The notes under the pieces are model-generated. The model had not been told where the DNA came from and searched no databases. It saw nothing but the letters and a program-made list of their open reading frames with translations. Source: Podospora anserina (Eukaryota). Taken from it: 64,000 nt of DNA. Location: contig CM030333.1 in assembly GCA_017654855.1 (NCBI GenBank), positions 2,232,001 to 2,296,000 of the forward strand, read 5' to 3'. How positions within the stretch are numbered: the stretch's first letter is position 1; each line of letters begins with the position of its first letter. Positions 46,523 to 59,854 of the stretch are shown here, in pieces. A program made the translations under genes and the position numbers.

Positions 46523-46993
46523 ATGATGGCCTCACTCACACTCACACCCGACTCTCGCATGCAGCGAAGAGATTCATCAGACCGAAGCGCCAGCAAGAGA
46601 AGACCAAGACTGCTCCGCGCCACTGCTACCGAACCCTCCATCACCACCTCCAACGCCAGCCGAAATGCCCTCTGCAGCCAGTCAAACCGAGCGACCGACC
46701 TCCTGACCCGTGCCTTCGTTTCTGGCTCTCCTCCGGGATCTTCTTCACCAATCTCTGTCCGGCCATCCATGTTCGACAGTGTCGACCGTCAGCAAGAGCT
46801 ATCCGTCTCGCCTGTCAGTCAGCCCGACTCGTATGATGAGCGTCCTTGTATGTCTTGCCATCTTTCACTTGTGTCCCGGACTATGTGCTGACTTTGAAAC
46901 CCAGTCTCGGGACGGTACTTCAGCTTCCCCAGCTTCGATGACTATGAGGGTAGCCAGCAAGACGACAAGGAGTCCGAGATCAAGTCCCCTTGA
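46523..46993 (+). CDS. Small Ser-rich uncharacterised protein (~137 aa)
   Basis: ORF 46523-46847, intron GTATGT..GCTGAC..CCCAG (46848-46903), then second exon FSGRYFSFPSFDDYEGSQQDDKESEIKSP*. C/A-rich 5' leader typical of genes in this window. Confidence 0.65.
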
Positions 46994-48064
46994 GAGGTCG
47001 CCCTGATCTCTTTTGGAGGGCAGTTCCGCTGAATGCTGCCACGCATCTGGCTACTATGCCTTTGGAGCGGAACTTCGCCAGGAGAAACCGGAACCCCTAA
47101 CCCAACCCATCATCGAAACGCCCACGCCCTACTTCCCCTCGGATTGAGAAGCACTTGCAGCCATGACTGTTTATTTTGTGTATTCCCCGAGCCAGTCCAC
47201 CCCTCTCACACGCCTCAGATTGAGGCACTCCCGACGACGGGATGGAGAGGGAGTTTCCACTGGAGGGTCGACGGCGCAGAGAGCATTTTGTACGATACAA
47301 CACTCATTTTGGTGACGTGGGATCACGATATGATCCCCCAAACGAAAGGTCGACAGCGTCCCACAGATGGGATGCACGTCTCAAACGGTCGGAGTCATCC
47401 ACCCCGCCAACAAAGACGTTGAAAAGAGGAAATAGGGTAACACACCCACCTACCTATGCGCACTCACCGCCCTTGTACCAAAACATTTTGTGTAGCTTTA
47501 TGTCGTCATGACACGTCGGGTGACCCTGAGCCTATATGCTGCCAGGGTAAACGCACCCCAAGGAGGATGAATAGATGGATGGATGGATGGGGATTAATTG
47601 GAAGGGAAGGTGATCATTGGCCGGAAAAAAGGTCGATGGAATGAATTTACGTCGCTCTCTTCAAAACTTTTCGTTTTGCTGAATCTTTGGGAGGCTGTCA
47701 CTGAGATCTTGATTTCGAGGGGGACAAGCGGGAGAATGATCAAAAATAATCTAGTCATAAGACACAAAAAAAATAAAAATCAAAGACACTATTACAATAG
47801 CCAGTGCTCCCCTTTGACTAGTGTGATGTGAGACCGAAAAGTGTGGTGTTATGGGCATAGTGCAACACCGATAGTTGTGACTTCAAGGGAAATAGTACGC
47901 GAGAGCATGTTTGAGGCTGTGGTAATCAAAGGCAAAGGTGATGGGGAGGGGTTGGAGCTGGGAGTAAGTGGTGCTTATCTTATCGCCCAGCACTCACCTT
48001 ATCGATAGCAGAGCAGCAAGCCAAAAGTGAATGGCAGGAGCAGGCAAAAACGCACGGCCCTCCG

Positions 48065-48072
48065 AGCCCTAA
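48065..48072 (+). promoter_or_regulatory. AGCCCTAA ribosomal-protein promoter element (Homol-E/Dde-box-like)
   Basis: GCCCTAA-type motif about 200 nt upstream of the RPS1 ATG. This motif class is known from ascomycete ribosomal-protein promoters. Confidence 0.45.
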
Positions 48073-48272
48073 GGTCCGTGCAGCCAATCATGCCCCGCAG
48101 TGAGTGCCCCACAGGTCTAGTTTTTCCGCTGATGGGAGGTGCGCTGCAGCCCACACAACGAATTTCAATTTTGATTCCGAAGCAGAGAAACCCAAACTCG
48201 TGTCCTCGATTGCACGGTCTCCATCACTAACCAAGCAGCACTTCCCGTCACCGAAGACATTGCTGCGTCAAG

Positions 48273-49379
48273 ATGGCTGTTGGCAAGTACGTTGAACCCC
48301 TCGAAAACCGATTTTCTCTGCGATACCCACGATGTTCCTCGACTTCGCGATACAATTCGGCCGCCTGGTGGTGGATTCTGGACTTGATGATGGCTGACCA
48401 TCGTCCACAGGAACAAGAGACTGTCTAAGGGCAAGAAGGGCCTTAAGAAGAAGGCCCAGGACCCCTTCGCCCGCAAGGACTGGTACGGCATCAAGGTACG
48501 TCGCGACATAATCGAGTTTCGGTCGAGGCAGCGAGGCTAACAAATAATCAAATCACAGGCCCCCGCGCCTTTCGCCATCAGAGAGTAAGCTTTGAAATCC
48601 CGAACACCACAGATCGCCGCGAGACGAGCAGGCAGGAACCCGAGCAGCGATTCTAACAAGCGATTTCAGCGTCGGCAAGACCCTCGTCAACAGAACCACT
48701 GGTCTCAAGAATGCCAACGATGCTCTGAAGGGCCGCATCGTCGAGGTTTCCCTGGCCGATCTCCAGAAGGATGAGGACCACGCTTTCCGCAAGGTCAAGC
48801 TCCGCGTCGATGAGGTCCAGGGCAAGAACTGCCTCACCAACTTCCACGGCCTTGACTTCACCTCCGACAAGCTCCGCTCGCTCGTCCGCAAGTGGCAGAC
48901 TCTGATCGAGGCCAACGTCACCGTCCAGACCACCGACCACTACCTCCTCCGCCTCTTCGCCATCGCTTTCACCAAGCGCCGCCCCAACCAGATCAAGAAG
49001 ACCACCTATGCCGCTTCTTCCCAAATCCGTGCTATCCGCAAGAAGATGACCGAGATCATCCAGCGCGAGGCTTCCAGCTGCACCCTCCAGCAGCTCACCT
49101 CGAAGCTTATCCCCGAGGTTATCGGCCGCGAGATCGAGAAGGCCACCCAGGGCATCTACCCTCTCCAGAACGTATGTGGAATTTTGAGCGACGGGGAACA
49201 GAAGCACGGCGGGGTAGCTAACATGTCACTTTCAGGTCCACATCCGCAAGGTCAAGCTCCTCAAGGCTCCCAAGTTCGACCTCGGTGCCCTCATGGCTCT
49301 CCACGGCGAGTCCAGCACCGATGATGCTGGCCAGAAGGTTGAGCGCGAGTTCAAGGAGACGGTCCTTGAGTCCGTATAA
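48273..49379 (+). CDS. RPS1: 40S ribosomal protein eS1 (S1/S3a)
   Basis: [88 protein letters not shown]. Four introns, strong codon bias. Confidence 0.98.
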
Positions 49380-50505
49380 AGGGTTGGTTGTTTTTGGGAA
49401 CGCAAAGGGCAGGTTTTCATCAGCAATACCTCTGGGGCACTGGGATTGCTTTCGTTGCATTTGGCGCGTATTATGGAACAGTAGTCAAGGGTAACGAATG
49501 TTGGTCCCATACGACGGACCGAGCGGGAATCAAAAGGATCATAAATGACTGTGACACGACCAAACAAAGCATTTCCCCCAGAGATGGCACACCCCCCGAT
49601 GTGAGGTTGTCACTATGGACTGCCTAGGGAGAATGGCCTGTGAAATTGGCCCGTCTCGGTGACAAGGCAATTCGAGGGGGACGTGGCAGAAGTGGTAGTG
49701 CGCCCAGATACCGTATCAGCGAACATGAGTTTGACGTGTGCTCCTAGGACCGTTTCCTGACATTTTTCCCCAAACGACGCCGTCCTTTTGTTCCTGGAGT
49801 AAATCGTACGAAGTAGTCCCATTGTGTTGAAATTGGAGCGCGTGATAGGGCAGCCCAGCTTGACAGCTTGTTTCATAACGTCATCACGGGTGCTGTCCAA
49901 GCCCGCCAGCTACTTTATTAGTGGCCAACAGCAGGCGGGGACTACTAAAGTTCACTGGCCGCCTCACTACCAGTTGGGCAACAAGACATATTCTTCCAGA
50001 TATCACTTTTCTTGTGTTTCCGTCTGTGTTGCTGCCTTGCTTATTACCTACCTATCCGAGCCGCATCCTCTTTTTTTGGTCTTTTGAGGCGAGCGCTAGG
50101 GAACTTCCACATTCCAATCAGTTTTTAAGCCGCTGCCGAAAGATAAGACGAGAAAGAAGAACCGCTCAGAAGGGAGGGTGTCGTCGTCATCATTGAGCAG
50201 CACCACCCAGTCTTTGTGTTTTGGACCGAGGCAAAACCCGATCGATTCTGTCAACCCGCCCAAAACCTTAAACTCGCATCATTCGAGACACACCTTTCTT
50301 ATCTTTTACGCACCTACCTACCTACCTTACTTGCACTATTCTTACCGGACTTTTATTGTTGTTGTTTGTTGTTGCTGTGGTTTTTTTTTCTGGCTGGCGG
50401 GAATAACAAAAACAGCGGCGGATAGTTTGGGTTGGTTGGTTGATATATCTCTTGTTTGGCAGCTACTGCAAGGGAAAAACTTGGGGATTTAACTGAAAGG
50501 GAAAG

Positions 50506-51566
50506 ATGGCTTCGGATGATACCCTCCCGACGCTCAAGGTGTTGCTTATTGGGCCGTCGGGGGCGGGGAAGAGTGCTTGTGAGTTTTTTTTTCTTTCTTC
50601 TTCATGTTTATGTTGTGAGAGTTGTTGTCACATGTTTTTTTTCTGTTCTGGTGGTGAGGTGGTCACCCGTATATGACCGGTCGGTGGCCTCAACGGGTCG
50701 TGATCAACCCCTGGCTTCGCATGATATGGCCTGGGATGTTTCTTCATGGCTTGGAAGTGATGATCCCTTCATCACTCCCTCATCTTCACAACACTCACAA
50801 CTACCACCTCACAGCTTGATCTCACTAACACTCACTCACCCACTCTTACTCAGTACTAACCCGCTACTGCGATGATGAATTCGACCCCGAGACCTCGGCC
50901 GCAACGATAGGGATTGATTTCAAGGTATTCCCTTCCCCCCTTTTCCTCCTTACCCGTCACTGACAACCCCTCCCCTAGATCAAAGTCCTCAACGTCCGCG
51001 GCAAACCCTACCGTCTCACCCTCTTCGACACCGCAGGCCAGGAACGGTTCCGCACCCTCTCCACCTCGTTCTACCGCGGCGCGCACGGGGTGTTGCTCGT
51101 GTACGACATCTCGACGCGGGCGAGCTTTTTGAGCATGGAGAAGTGGTTCAACGAGGCGGAGGCGAACACGGTGGAGGGGGTTGCGCTTTATCTGGTAAGC
51201 CCCCCCGCCCCCTTACATCACATCACATGTACCTTCAACTTTTCCACCGCTATGTTGTGGCTAACATAAGAATAGGTCGGGGCAAAGTTGGACAAGGCCA
51301 ACGCAAGGGAGGTCACCACGGAGGAGGGGCAGGCGCTCGCCGAGGCGCACGGGGCAAAGTTTTGCGAGGCGAGCGCAAAGACTAGGGAGAATGTGAGGTT
51401 GGCGTTTGTGGATATTGTGGATAGGATTGTGCAGACTCCGGGGTTGATACAGAATGCTAGACTGGGAAGGGCGGCGGGGGCGGTGGCGTTGGGGAATGGT
51501 GGGAGTAGTGGGAGTGGTGGTGGTGATGGGTATGGGGCTTATTTGTCGGGGGGTTGTTCTTGTTGA
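50506..51566 (+). CDS. Rab-family small GTPase, Rab18-like
   Basis: LKVLLIGPSGAGKSAL/LTRYCDDEFDPE..ATIGIDFK/..LFDTAGQERFRTLSTSFYRGAHG..YL/VGAKLDK..EASAK..GGCSC (CXC prenylation motif). Three introns. Confidence 0.85.
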
Positions 51567-51950
51567 GCAAGGGGGTTAGAGGGGAAAAGGGCGTTGATCA
51601 TGGAGAGGTTTGGAGTTTGAGGGTTGGTTCGGTAAATTAGAAGAGAGCGAGGCATGGCGATGGATGGATGGGTGGTGAGGGGAGTTGGGATACACTTCAG
51701 ACTGTTGAGACAGCACAGAGAGTTTTGATACCCCCAGGCTTTTTTGGATTATGGATGGAAGTACATTGTACACCTTTTCTTTTGCTTATCAAGTGTCCTT
51801 GTGTTGAAGTACTTGTTGTGTTTGGTCTATAATTTCTGTCTATGTCTAAGTGGTGTGTGCTGTTGACGCATACTCCTCCCCCTCTCATGCAATATTGGCA
51901 TTTGATAGACGATGGACAATAAATATACAAATTAACCTCTCTCCGGCCAT

Positions 51951-53036
51951 CTATTCCTTCGGACTCAAAAACTCCACCACCGCCCTCCTAAACGCCTCGG
52001 GATTCTCACTAATCAACCAATGGCCCGCCTCGACATCCACCAGCTCAAACCTGGGGAAAAACTGGCCTATCAGCGGGATGACTTCGTCAGGGACATATTT
52101 CGACTTTGTCCCCCTGACAAACAGCGCCGGTTTCTCAAACCTGACCTCTCTGGGATCTTTAAAGGGAAAGTCACCCAGGTGATCGAGCGCCTTCCCGATG
52201 ATGCTCAGCGGAACCTTGAACTTTTGGACCTGAGACTCGGGGTGGCGGGGACGGTGGAGGTTGCCGAGGAGGAACTGGCGGATTGTGACGGAGGGTTCGT
52301 AGGACTGGAGGATGGAGTCTGCTTGGGATTGTTTGGTGACCTCGGAGGATTCGATCTCTTTCATGCCGCGGATGTAGCGGGCAAAGTCGGACTCGAGGCG
52401 GGCGTCGATGGGGGCGTTGTCGACGGAGATGAGGGAGGAGATTAGGGTGGGGGAGGTGAGAGAGAGGGTCATTGCTGCTTTGGCGCCCCTGAGAGGAGAA
52501 GGGGTTAGTAAGATAATGGGGGAAGGAGGGGGGAGGGGGACAAACATGGAGTGGCCGATCAGGCAAGGGTCTTTGAGGTCGTGCTGCTTGATAAAGTCGC
52601 CTACGTCGGCGGCCATGGCGGTGTAGTTGTGGTGGGGGTCGTGGGGGGAGTCCCCGTGGTTGCGGAGGTCCTTTTTTGGTGTCAGCGATGGTTGTTGATA
52701 TGGGGTTTAGGTGCAGGTACAATGGCGTAGACGGAGCGGCCTAGGTCACGGGCGAGGACTCTTGTCATATTGTTAGTATGATAGGTAGGTGAGTAAGAGA
52801 GGGAGAGAGGGAGATACGTACTTACTTATCGTTCTGTTATTCTTCTTCGACCCAAACAACCCGTGCATGAAAACAATAGGCGAGTTCTTGTTGGGGTTAC
52901 CAACCGACGGCTTGGCCGGCTCGTGAAGATCATACGCCAGAGGGACGGTGGAATATCTCATCTTCATCGTTTGGCATAATGAAGGTGTAAGCGTCCTTTT
53001 GGCAACGAGCCGAAGGGCTGTCGCTCTTGGAGCCAT
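51951..53036 (-). CDS. Mitochondrial alpha/beta hydrolase, ABHD11/YbfF-like
   Basis: Presequence-like MAPRATALRLVAKR, FMHGLFGSKKNNRTISK, DLRNHGDSPH, nucleophile motif GHSM/GAK and AGHWLISENP. Three introns. Confidence 0.9.
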
Positions 53037-53358
53037 CGTAATCTTTTTCTCTTTTTCTTCTTCGTGAGTTGAATGAGTGTCGGTTATATCGCAGGTAAAG
53101 AGTGAAAAATGCAGGGACCTGAACCCTGATTATGTACAATGTTGAGATATGCACGGTGAGTTCCCGCCAAAGTGACAGCGAGAGTTCCGGTGAAGCTCCA
53201 TACAGACAAAATTCCACTCTGTGAAGCGCACGGGCCACATACGTCATCTTATCGGTTCGTGTAAGTGGTAGATAGGGTGTAGGGGAAGGGAACAATATCT
53301 TATTGCTATGTAGAGATTGGCTCCCGATATGTTACTTTAGAGTTCGAATAGCTACAAC

Positions 53359-56300
53359 TCAGACTTGAGCACTCTCCGGAGGGCCCATCAAACTCGACTT
53401 CAACCCACCCACGTCAATCACCACCTTGGTAATCACCATGGTCGGCTCCAGAAGCCAGACCTTCAACTCGTGCTTCCCAGGGTTCAATCTACCGATATTG
53501 TTCGTCTTGACATAGGACCCCTTCACCACGGCGTCTGACCATCCTTGGGGTTGAGTGCTCCCGTCTGTCATTCCCACAGTTTGAACTGTCGTCTGGCTGC
53601 CGCCGTCAATGCCAAAGGTATACTTGTTTGGGCTGTTGGGATTCGCGTTCTCAGATGGGGCAAGGTATACTGTCAACGTCGCAGCAGTAGCAGTGCTGAA
53701 GGTGTAAAAGGGGTAAGAAAGGACATGTCCCTTGCCTGCTTGTTGCGAAGGAGTCTTGGGCGGGAGCTTAACGCCTGAGAGGGTACGGCCGTAATCGGGG
53801 ATGACGAGGTAAGCCGATGATGATGCGGGCGGAGGGGCAAAGTGCTCGGCTTCGATAGACACGACATTGTTGGCTTCGACGTGGCCTTTGAAGTCATCTG
53901 GCACATTGTTGTTCTGGATGGGCAGGATAACTGTGGCCATTGTGCCGGTGGCGTTGAGATTCGCGATGCTCAAAGAAGCTGCAGTGTTTCCAACTGGGGC
54001 CTTTGACCAATCGACCGAGATGAGGGAACGAATGTCCGTTGTTCCCGAGGTCGTCGAGATGGTATTCTGAGCGTTTGTCACACTGACAAAAGAAGCGTTG
54101 GATGTGATCCGGTAGCTGAACGTCCCGTTGTCACGGGCAAAGACATCAAGCCAGCGTTGATCTGAAGGTGCCATGTATGGACTGGCTGCAGGCAGCGTGA
54201 GCGATGCAGAGCCTGGGAATGCGCCCGAGCTGCCTTGCACCGCAACACCCATGAGCGCATTCTTTGCTTGTGTCGTGAGCCAAGTCAATCCCGGAAGAGA
54301 ATTCGAGGCTGGTTCCTGCCAGTTGTTGTAACCGATGTGAGTCTGAGCCATGACATTGTTCCATTTGCCGCTCAGGATGCTGTGGTACTGCCTGGTGATG
54401 GCCTGGTCGGCAGAAAATGCAGCTTGCACGTCCCTGAGCAATTTGTTCGCGCTGACGCGATGCTGACCTCTGTACGTGCCAGCAAGAGCAACCTTGGTGT
54501 AAATTTCATAGACACCTCTGCCAGCCACGATGGGATGCAGGACCACTTCCCAGAACGACGTCCTAACGTCACTTGGCAGGGCATCATGGACGGCTTGCGC
54601 ATTCTTGAGCAGAGAAGTCCATTCGTTGAAATTCAGCTCGGCTTCGTCGTAGCTGATGGTATCGAAGGCAAAGGGTGTCCTGCTGAGATCCTCATACTTC
54701 ATCCGTGCTGTGAGCTTGCCGTATCTTGTCATGATGGAAGCAGTGGTATCTCCAGCAAGTTCACCCCATTGCCGCGCACCCCACACACCGAGCCACTTCT
54801 TGGTACTGTCGAGGTCAGTGAACGCTTTTCGATCCCAAGCCATAGCCATAAAGTGGGCAGTTGGCAACTCCTACAGACAAGATTAGTATCTCAGGCCGGA
54901 AGTCTGATAACTCAAGAGCACCATACCAATCCTTTGAGATCTCCAACATTGGCAATCCATAGCTTGTCAACGCCGCTGTCGTAAGCAAGTGTCATTTGCT
55001 CCCACGTCTTTTGAAGTTGGATAGTGTTGATCCACTTGTAGTTTCGTGGATCACCGACATAGTCGAAGTGATAGTACATGCCAGTACCTCCCACCCTGTT
55101 TCCTTCGTTACCGATGGGGACCCGACGAATGTTTCCTCTATTATCATCACTCCACACAATTGTCACATCGTCTGAAACTTTCATGCCTTTTTGCCAATAG
55201 CCAGGTACTTCCTGTGTGATGTCAGACATAGTTTTGAACAGAAAACAGATAATGGAACGGGTCAACGAACCTTGTACATCATCCAAGCATGTGGAATCTC
55301 GGATAACGGTTTCCCAATGGTTTTAGTCAGTGTTTGTTGCTGCCAGGCGATGACCTCCTCCAGGGCCTGAGAGTTGAGTGAAGGCGACGCAGCATCTCCC
55401 GAACCTCTCATACCCACAGTGTAGATCGTGCTCCAGTTCTTTGCCCTTGTCGGACCTTCTTGCATAAAAGCTTGGACGCCAGCCTTGTTGCTTCTCCAAT
55501 CCCAAGAGCCCCTCAGAAATCTTCCTTGCTCTTTGTCAGCCCGGGCCATCGGCTCGTGGTGACTTGTTCCCACGAAGATGCCATACTCAGTTGCCGTTGG
55601 TCCGTTCCTGGTGTCATCGAGGTAGAACATGCTGGACCACATCGCTGGCCAAAGATAATTGCCTTTCATCCGGAGGATCAGTTCGAAGATGAGCTTGTAA
55701 AAGTCGAGGACGAAAGGGCTTCCATATTGGCTTGGAGTGAACTTGGTCCTGCCCCAGCCTGTCAAGCCTGGCGATTCATCGTTGAGGAAGATGCCTCGAT
55801 ATCTGACAGAGGGCGGTCCTTCAGTGTAAGCGTCGCTGTTGGCCCAGATGTATTGCTTCTTCTTGGCCGGAACATCAGCCCAGTAGTGCCAAGGCGATAC
55901 CCCTATTTTCTCCGAGACGTCGTACACACCGTATGCGGTACCGCGCAGGTCCGAGCCGGCAATGACAAATACAGAGCTGCTCCCTTCCCATGGTGACTGA
56001 ACGACTTGGTAGGCGAATGTTTCCCACTTGTTGGCAATGGAGACTGTGTCGAATTTCTTGGTGCTCCCCAGATTGTCGATGAGACTCGACTGCCCGACAG
56101 TTCCCACCAAGATGATTGGTTTCGTCCATTTCTGGGAAATAGTCGAGCTCCAATCTGCCACCACCACTGTTCCGTTGACACCCAACACCCGTCCAAAATC
56201 CAGGGCCAGATCGTTGGCAACTCGCTTCACACCGGGTAGGTCATTGGGGGCGACTCTGATCTCGGGAGCTAGGTTTGCTCCGCCAAGCTGCAAACCGGTA

Positions 56301-56401
56301 CCAGCCGCGGAGAAGCTGAAGATGGAAGGCTTTTCCGTGTATGCAATTGCTGGCGTAAATAATGTAAGAGCTAGAGCGGCGAGTTCGAGAAAGGGAGCCA
56401 T
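53359..56401 (-). CDS. Secreted glycoside hydrolase family 115 (xylan alpha-1,2-glucuronidase)
   Basis: Signal peptide MAPFLELAALALTLFTPAIA, YRGIFLNDESP, NYLWPAMW, GTSHHEPM, TVGMRGSGD, WSDDNRGN, YYHFDYVGDPRNYKWINT, NVGDLK and C-terminal LMGPPES. Two introns. Confidence 0.95.
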
Positions 56402-57308
56402 TGTGAAGTCCTGTGGTGAACTACACCACCACAACGATGAGCACTTGCTTCATCCATGGCTCGTGAGATGGGTCTCGCCGTAGATATAGTCTAAGCAGAA
56501 TCCTATGATTTCCAAATGGTTTACACATCCCATCAGTAGGATATAAGCGGGTAAAGCAGTAAAGGAACCTGAGAGGGCTGCTCAATATGGCGTGTCCGCT
56601 TGACACCTAGAGATAGATGAAGACGACCGGAAAATAAAAAAGTGCCGTTCCGGGGAGCATCCTGACAGCTATTTGCCTACGTGAGAAGTTCCGGGTTGCT
56701 GGGTCTTGGGCATGTCTGCGTCTGAATATCGAGTGCGGTTGAAACGAGAACCAGTGATTGGTGGAATTTTATGAAGCCACGAACTTGAGCTTCATTGCCT
56801 TAAAATGGCTTCATAGAGAGACTGCGGAGTGTGGCAACGAGGACAATTAATACAAAGTGGCTGTTGCCTGGACTTAACCGACCCAATGGCAATGTCGAGG
56901 CTGGCTGAAAGGGTGAGGTGACTATGTGATGGTGAGAGAGAAGGTGAGAGTGAAAGTTGGGGGTCAGGGGAAGCTTCCCCTGGATGACCCCCACTTTGGC
57001 AGCATCTACCCCACAAAAATAATCCAAAATCAACCAGAAGCTGCCCCGCATCCACAGTCACTCTCACCGCAGCTGACAGCACCACTCGACGCTTCCAACA
57101 CTGTCTTCCCTGCACCAGTATCTCCGTATCGCAGTCAGATCCCCAGCCAAGACCGGACTATCCCACTTGCCGCTGCCCACGGTGCCATCCGCCCAGATTA
57201 CGCACACCCGCCAGAGAACACCGGTTCTCCCCGTGGAGGACCCTGGACGAGCTTTTGGATGCAGCCTAAACGGTCACACAGCCTTACGAACCCCATCCCA
57301 GCGACATC

Positions 57309-59376
57309 ATGGCAGACCCCGCCGTCGCGGCTCTTAATTCCCTCCTCCGTGAGGCGTCTATCGACGACCATGCCGAAGCTCTCGAGCTCGCAACTGCCGC
57401 CGTTCGCTCTAACAAGATCCAAGGCCCCGACCTGGCCAGCGCCCAACACACACGCGTGGTCGCACTCTTGAAGCTCGACCGCTACGACGATGCCCTCCGA
57501 GTCATTGCCGAGGGCGGTGACGCTCTCGAGAAGGACTGCTCTTTCGAAAAAGCATATGCGCTCTATAAGACGGGAGACCTGGAGGGCGCCGAGGCGGTGC
57601 TGCAAAAGACTGGAGTCGACACCGGGAAGAGCCAGCGTGGCCTGAAGCACATTGCTGGCCAAGTGGCATACCGCAACGAAAAGTTTGAACGCGCCGCCGC
57701 GATATATCGGGATCTCAAGGACGATACCGAGGGAGCAAACTACGGCGAGGAGAACGATCTGCGAATCAACTTGACCGCAGCCGATGCGCAGCTGCAATGG
57801 CAAGGAAAGGAGTGGGCCGTTCCAGAGGAGGAGAAGCAGCCAGCGAGGGAGGATTTGGAAGCCTTCGAGACGGCGTACAATGCTGCTTGCATCTGCATCT
57901 CGAGGGGAGACTACACCAAGGCCTCGGTTCTACTGAAACGGTCCAGGGATTTGTGCGAGGCAACCGAGGACTTGAACGAGGAGGAAAAGAAGGCCGAGTT
58001 GGTGCCAATCCTTGTGCAGCAGGCCTTTGTCTTTACCAAGCTTGGGAAGCTAGACGAGGCCTTGAGCCTGCAGAATGCCATCAACCTCTCCGAGTGAGTC
58101 TCTCGTTATTGCGACCTGGTCATACTATCTAACCTAGCACTGCAGGGTATCCGAGACATCTACCAAGGTCATTGCGCAGGGAAATAAACTGCTCCCCAAG
58201 GCTACCGCGAACCCCTTTATTGCAGAGCGTTTGGCCCGTGCTTTACCAAAAATCGAAGGAAACGACCGGTTGTTTGTGTTCCAAACCGCTGCCCTTCAGC
58301 GGAACAAGAATGTCATTGATCTTCAGGCCCAAAAGTTTGAGGGCAAAGAGATCAGAGCGCACAAACTTCTTGCTGGAGCCCAAGTTCCCGATCTCTCAGT
58401 TTCCAAGGTCGACCTTGGTGTTGCCGGCGCAGCAGCTGCTACCAAGTGTGGGGATGGCAAACCGACTGTGCGCCAGCTTTTGCCTCTTCTGGAGAAGCGT
58501 CCAAACGACATTGGTCTCCTCCTCACGATTATCCAACTCTATATTCAAATCAGCACTCTCCCCCCGGCAATCTTGTTGCTCGAGAAATTCTTCACACGCC
58601 TCGAGGAGGCGAACACCCCCGAGCACGTTGATGTCCGGTTTGCGCCTGGCCTTGTTGCTCTTGCTGTATCTCTCTACCGGTCTCAGAACCGGCAAAGGGA
58701 TGTCCGCAACGAGCTCGCCAAGGCTGCCACGCACTGGAGAAGCAAGACTGAAGCCGCAGGAGCAGGCTCATCCATCGCCAGAGCAGCTGGAATTGAGTTA
58801 CTTCGCTCCTCGCACCCTTCCGACTTGGCAGCTGCTGGCGAGGCCTTTGAGCAGATTCTCTCGGCCCAGCCAGGGGACCGCACTGCCACTGCAGGTCTAG
58901 TTGCCAGCTATGCCACGACTGATTTTGCCAAGGTGGAACCCTACCTGGAATCACTGCCCTCGGTTGAGAAGCTCACTCAAGGTGTGGATGTTAGCGCGCT
59001 CATTGACGCCGGTGTTGCTCTTCTCACACCTCCTTCTTCTCAGCAATCCAAGAAGAGGAAGTTTGATGGAGAGGGCGCGGCCCCTGAAAAGGAGAAGCAA
59101 CAGCCGGCCAAGAAGCCAAGGAAGAGGAAGCTGCCCAAGAACTACGACCCAACCAAGAAGCCTGACCCTGAGAGGTGGCTGCCACTGCGTGACAGGAGCA
59201 CTTATAGGCCCAAGGGCAAGAAGGGCAAGAAGAGGGCTCTGGAGGCCACTCAGGGCGGTGTGGTGAAGGAGGAGGAGACGCTGGAGCTGGCGGGCGGTGC
59301 TGGCTCTGTCAAGGTAGAAAAGGCCGGCGGGGGTGGTAGTGGAGCGAACAAGAAGAAGAAGAAGGGGAAGAAATGA
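57309..59376 (+). CDS. SRP72: Signal recognition particle subunit SRP72
   Basis: N-terminal TPRs (VVALLKLDRYDDAL, FEKAYALYK) and the C-terminal RNA-binding motif KLPKNYDPTKKPDPERWLPLRDRSTYRPK. Intron at 58094-58146. Confidence 0.96.
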
Positions 59377-59854
59377 GCGGGTGTGGTATGAAAGGCGGCA
59401 TTGCATGCACCCATTAGATCAATGATTAATGACATATGGTCACCATATTGGATTGGCACTTTGATGAAGGAATCAAGCATCGTTGGTGTAAAGCTAAGCA
59501 GACAAAAGCTTCTAGACTGCAAGTTTACGTACAAGGCTTAGATGTCGAATACACCAATGGGGGCTGTAGGATTACATCGAGCAGTCGAACAAATAAACGG
59601 CGGCTTACGTGAAACCTTCAGGCATACCTTATGCAAGCCACACGGAACAAATGCGATAAGCCTCGAGAGCTGAAGGCTGGATCATCAAAGCCTCGAGGGT
59701 AGAGCAAGGAACTTGGTGGAAAGGATACAGACGTCCATGTATTACTGATAGCGAATCCTGTTTGGGGGTGAGTTACTCTGAAATACTTTGGAAGTGTCAT
59801 CCCCCCGGCTTCAGACGGGATCATCATCGCGACCAAAGTCCTCTGCTGTGTGCA

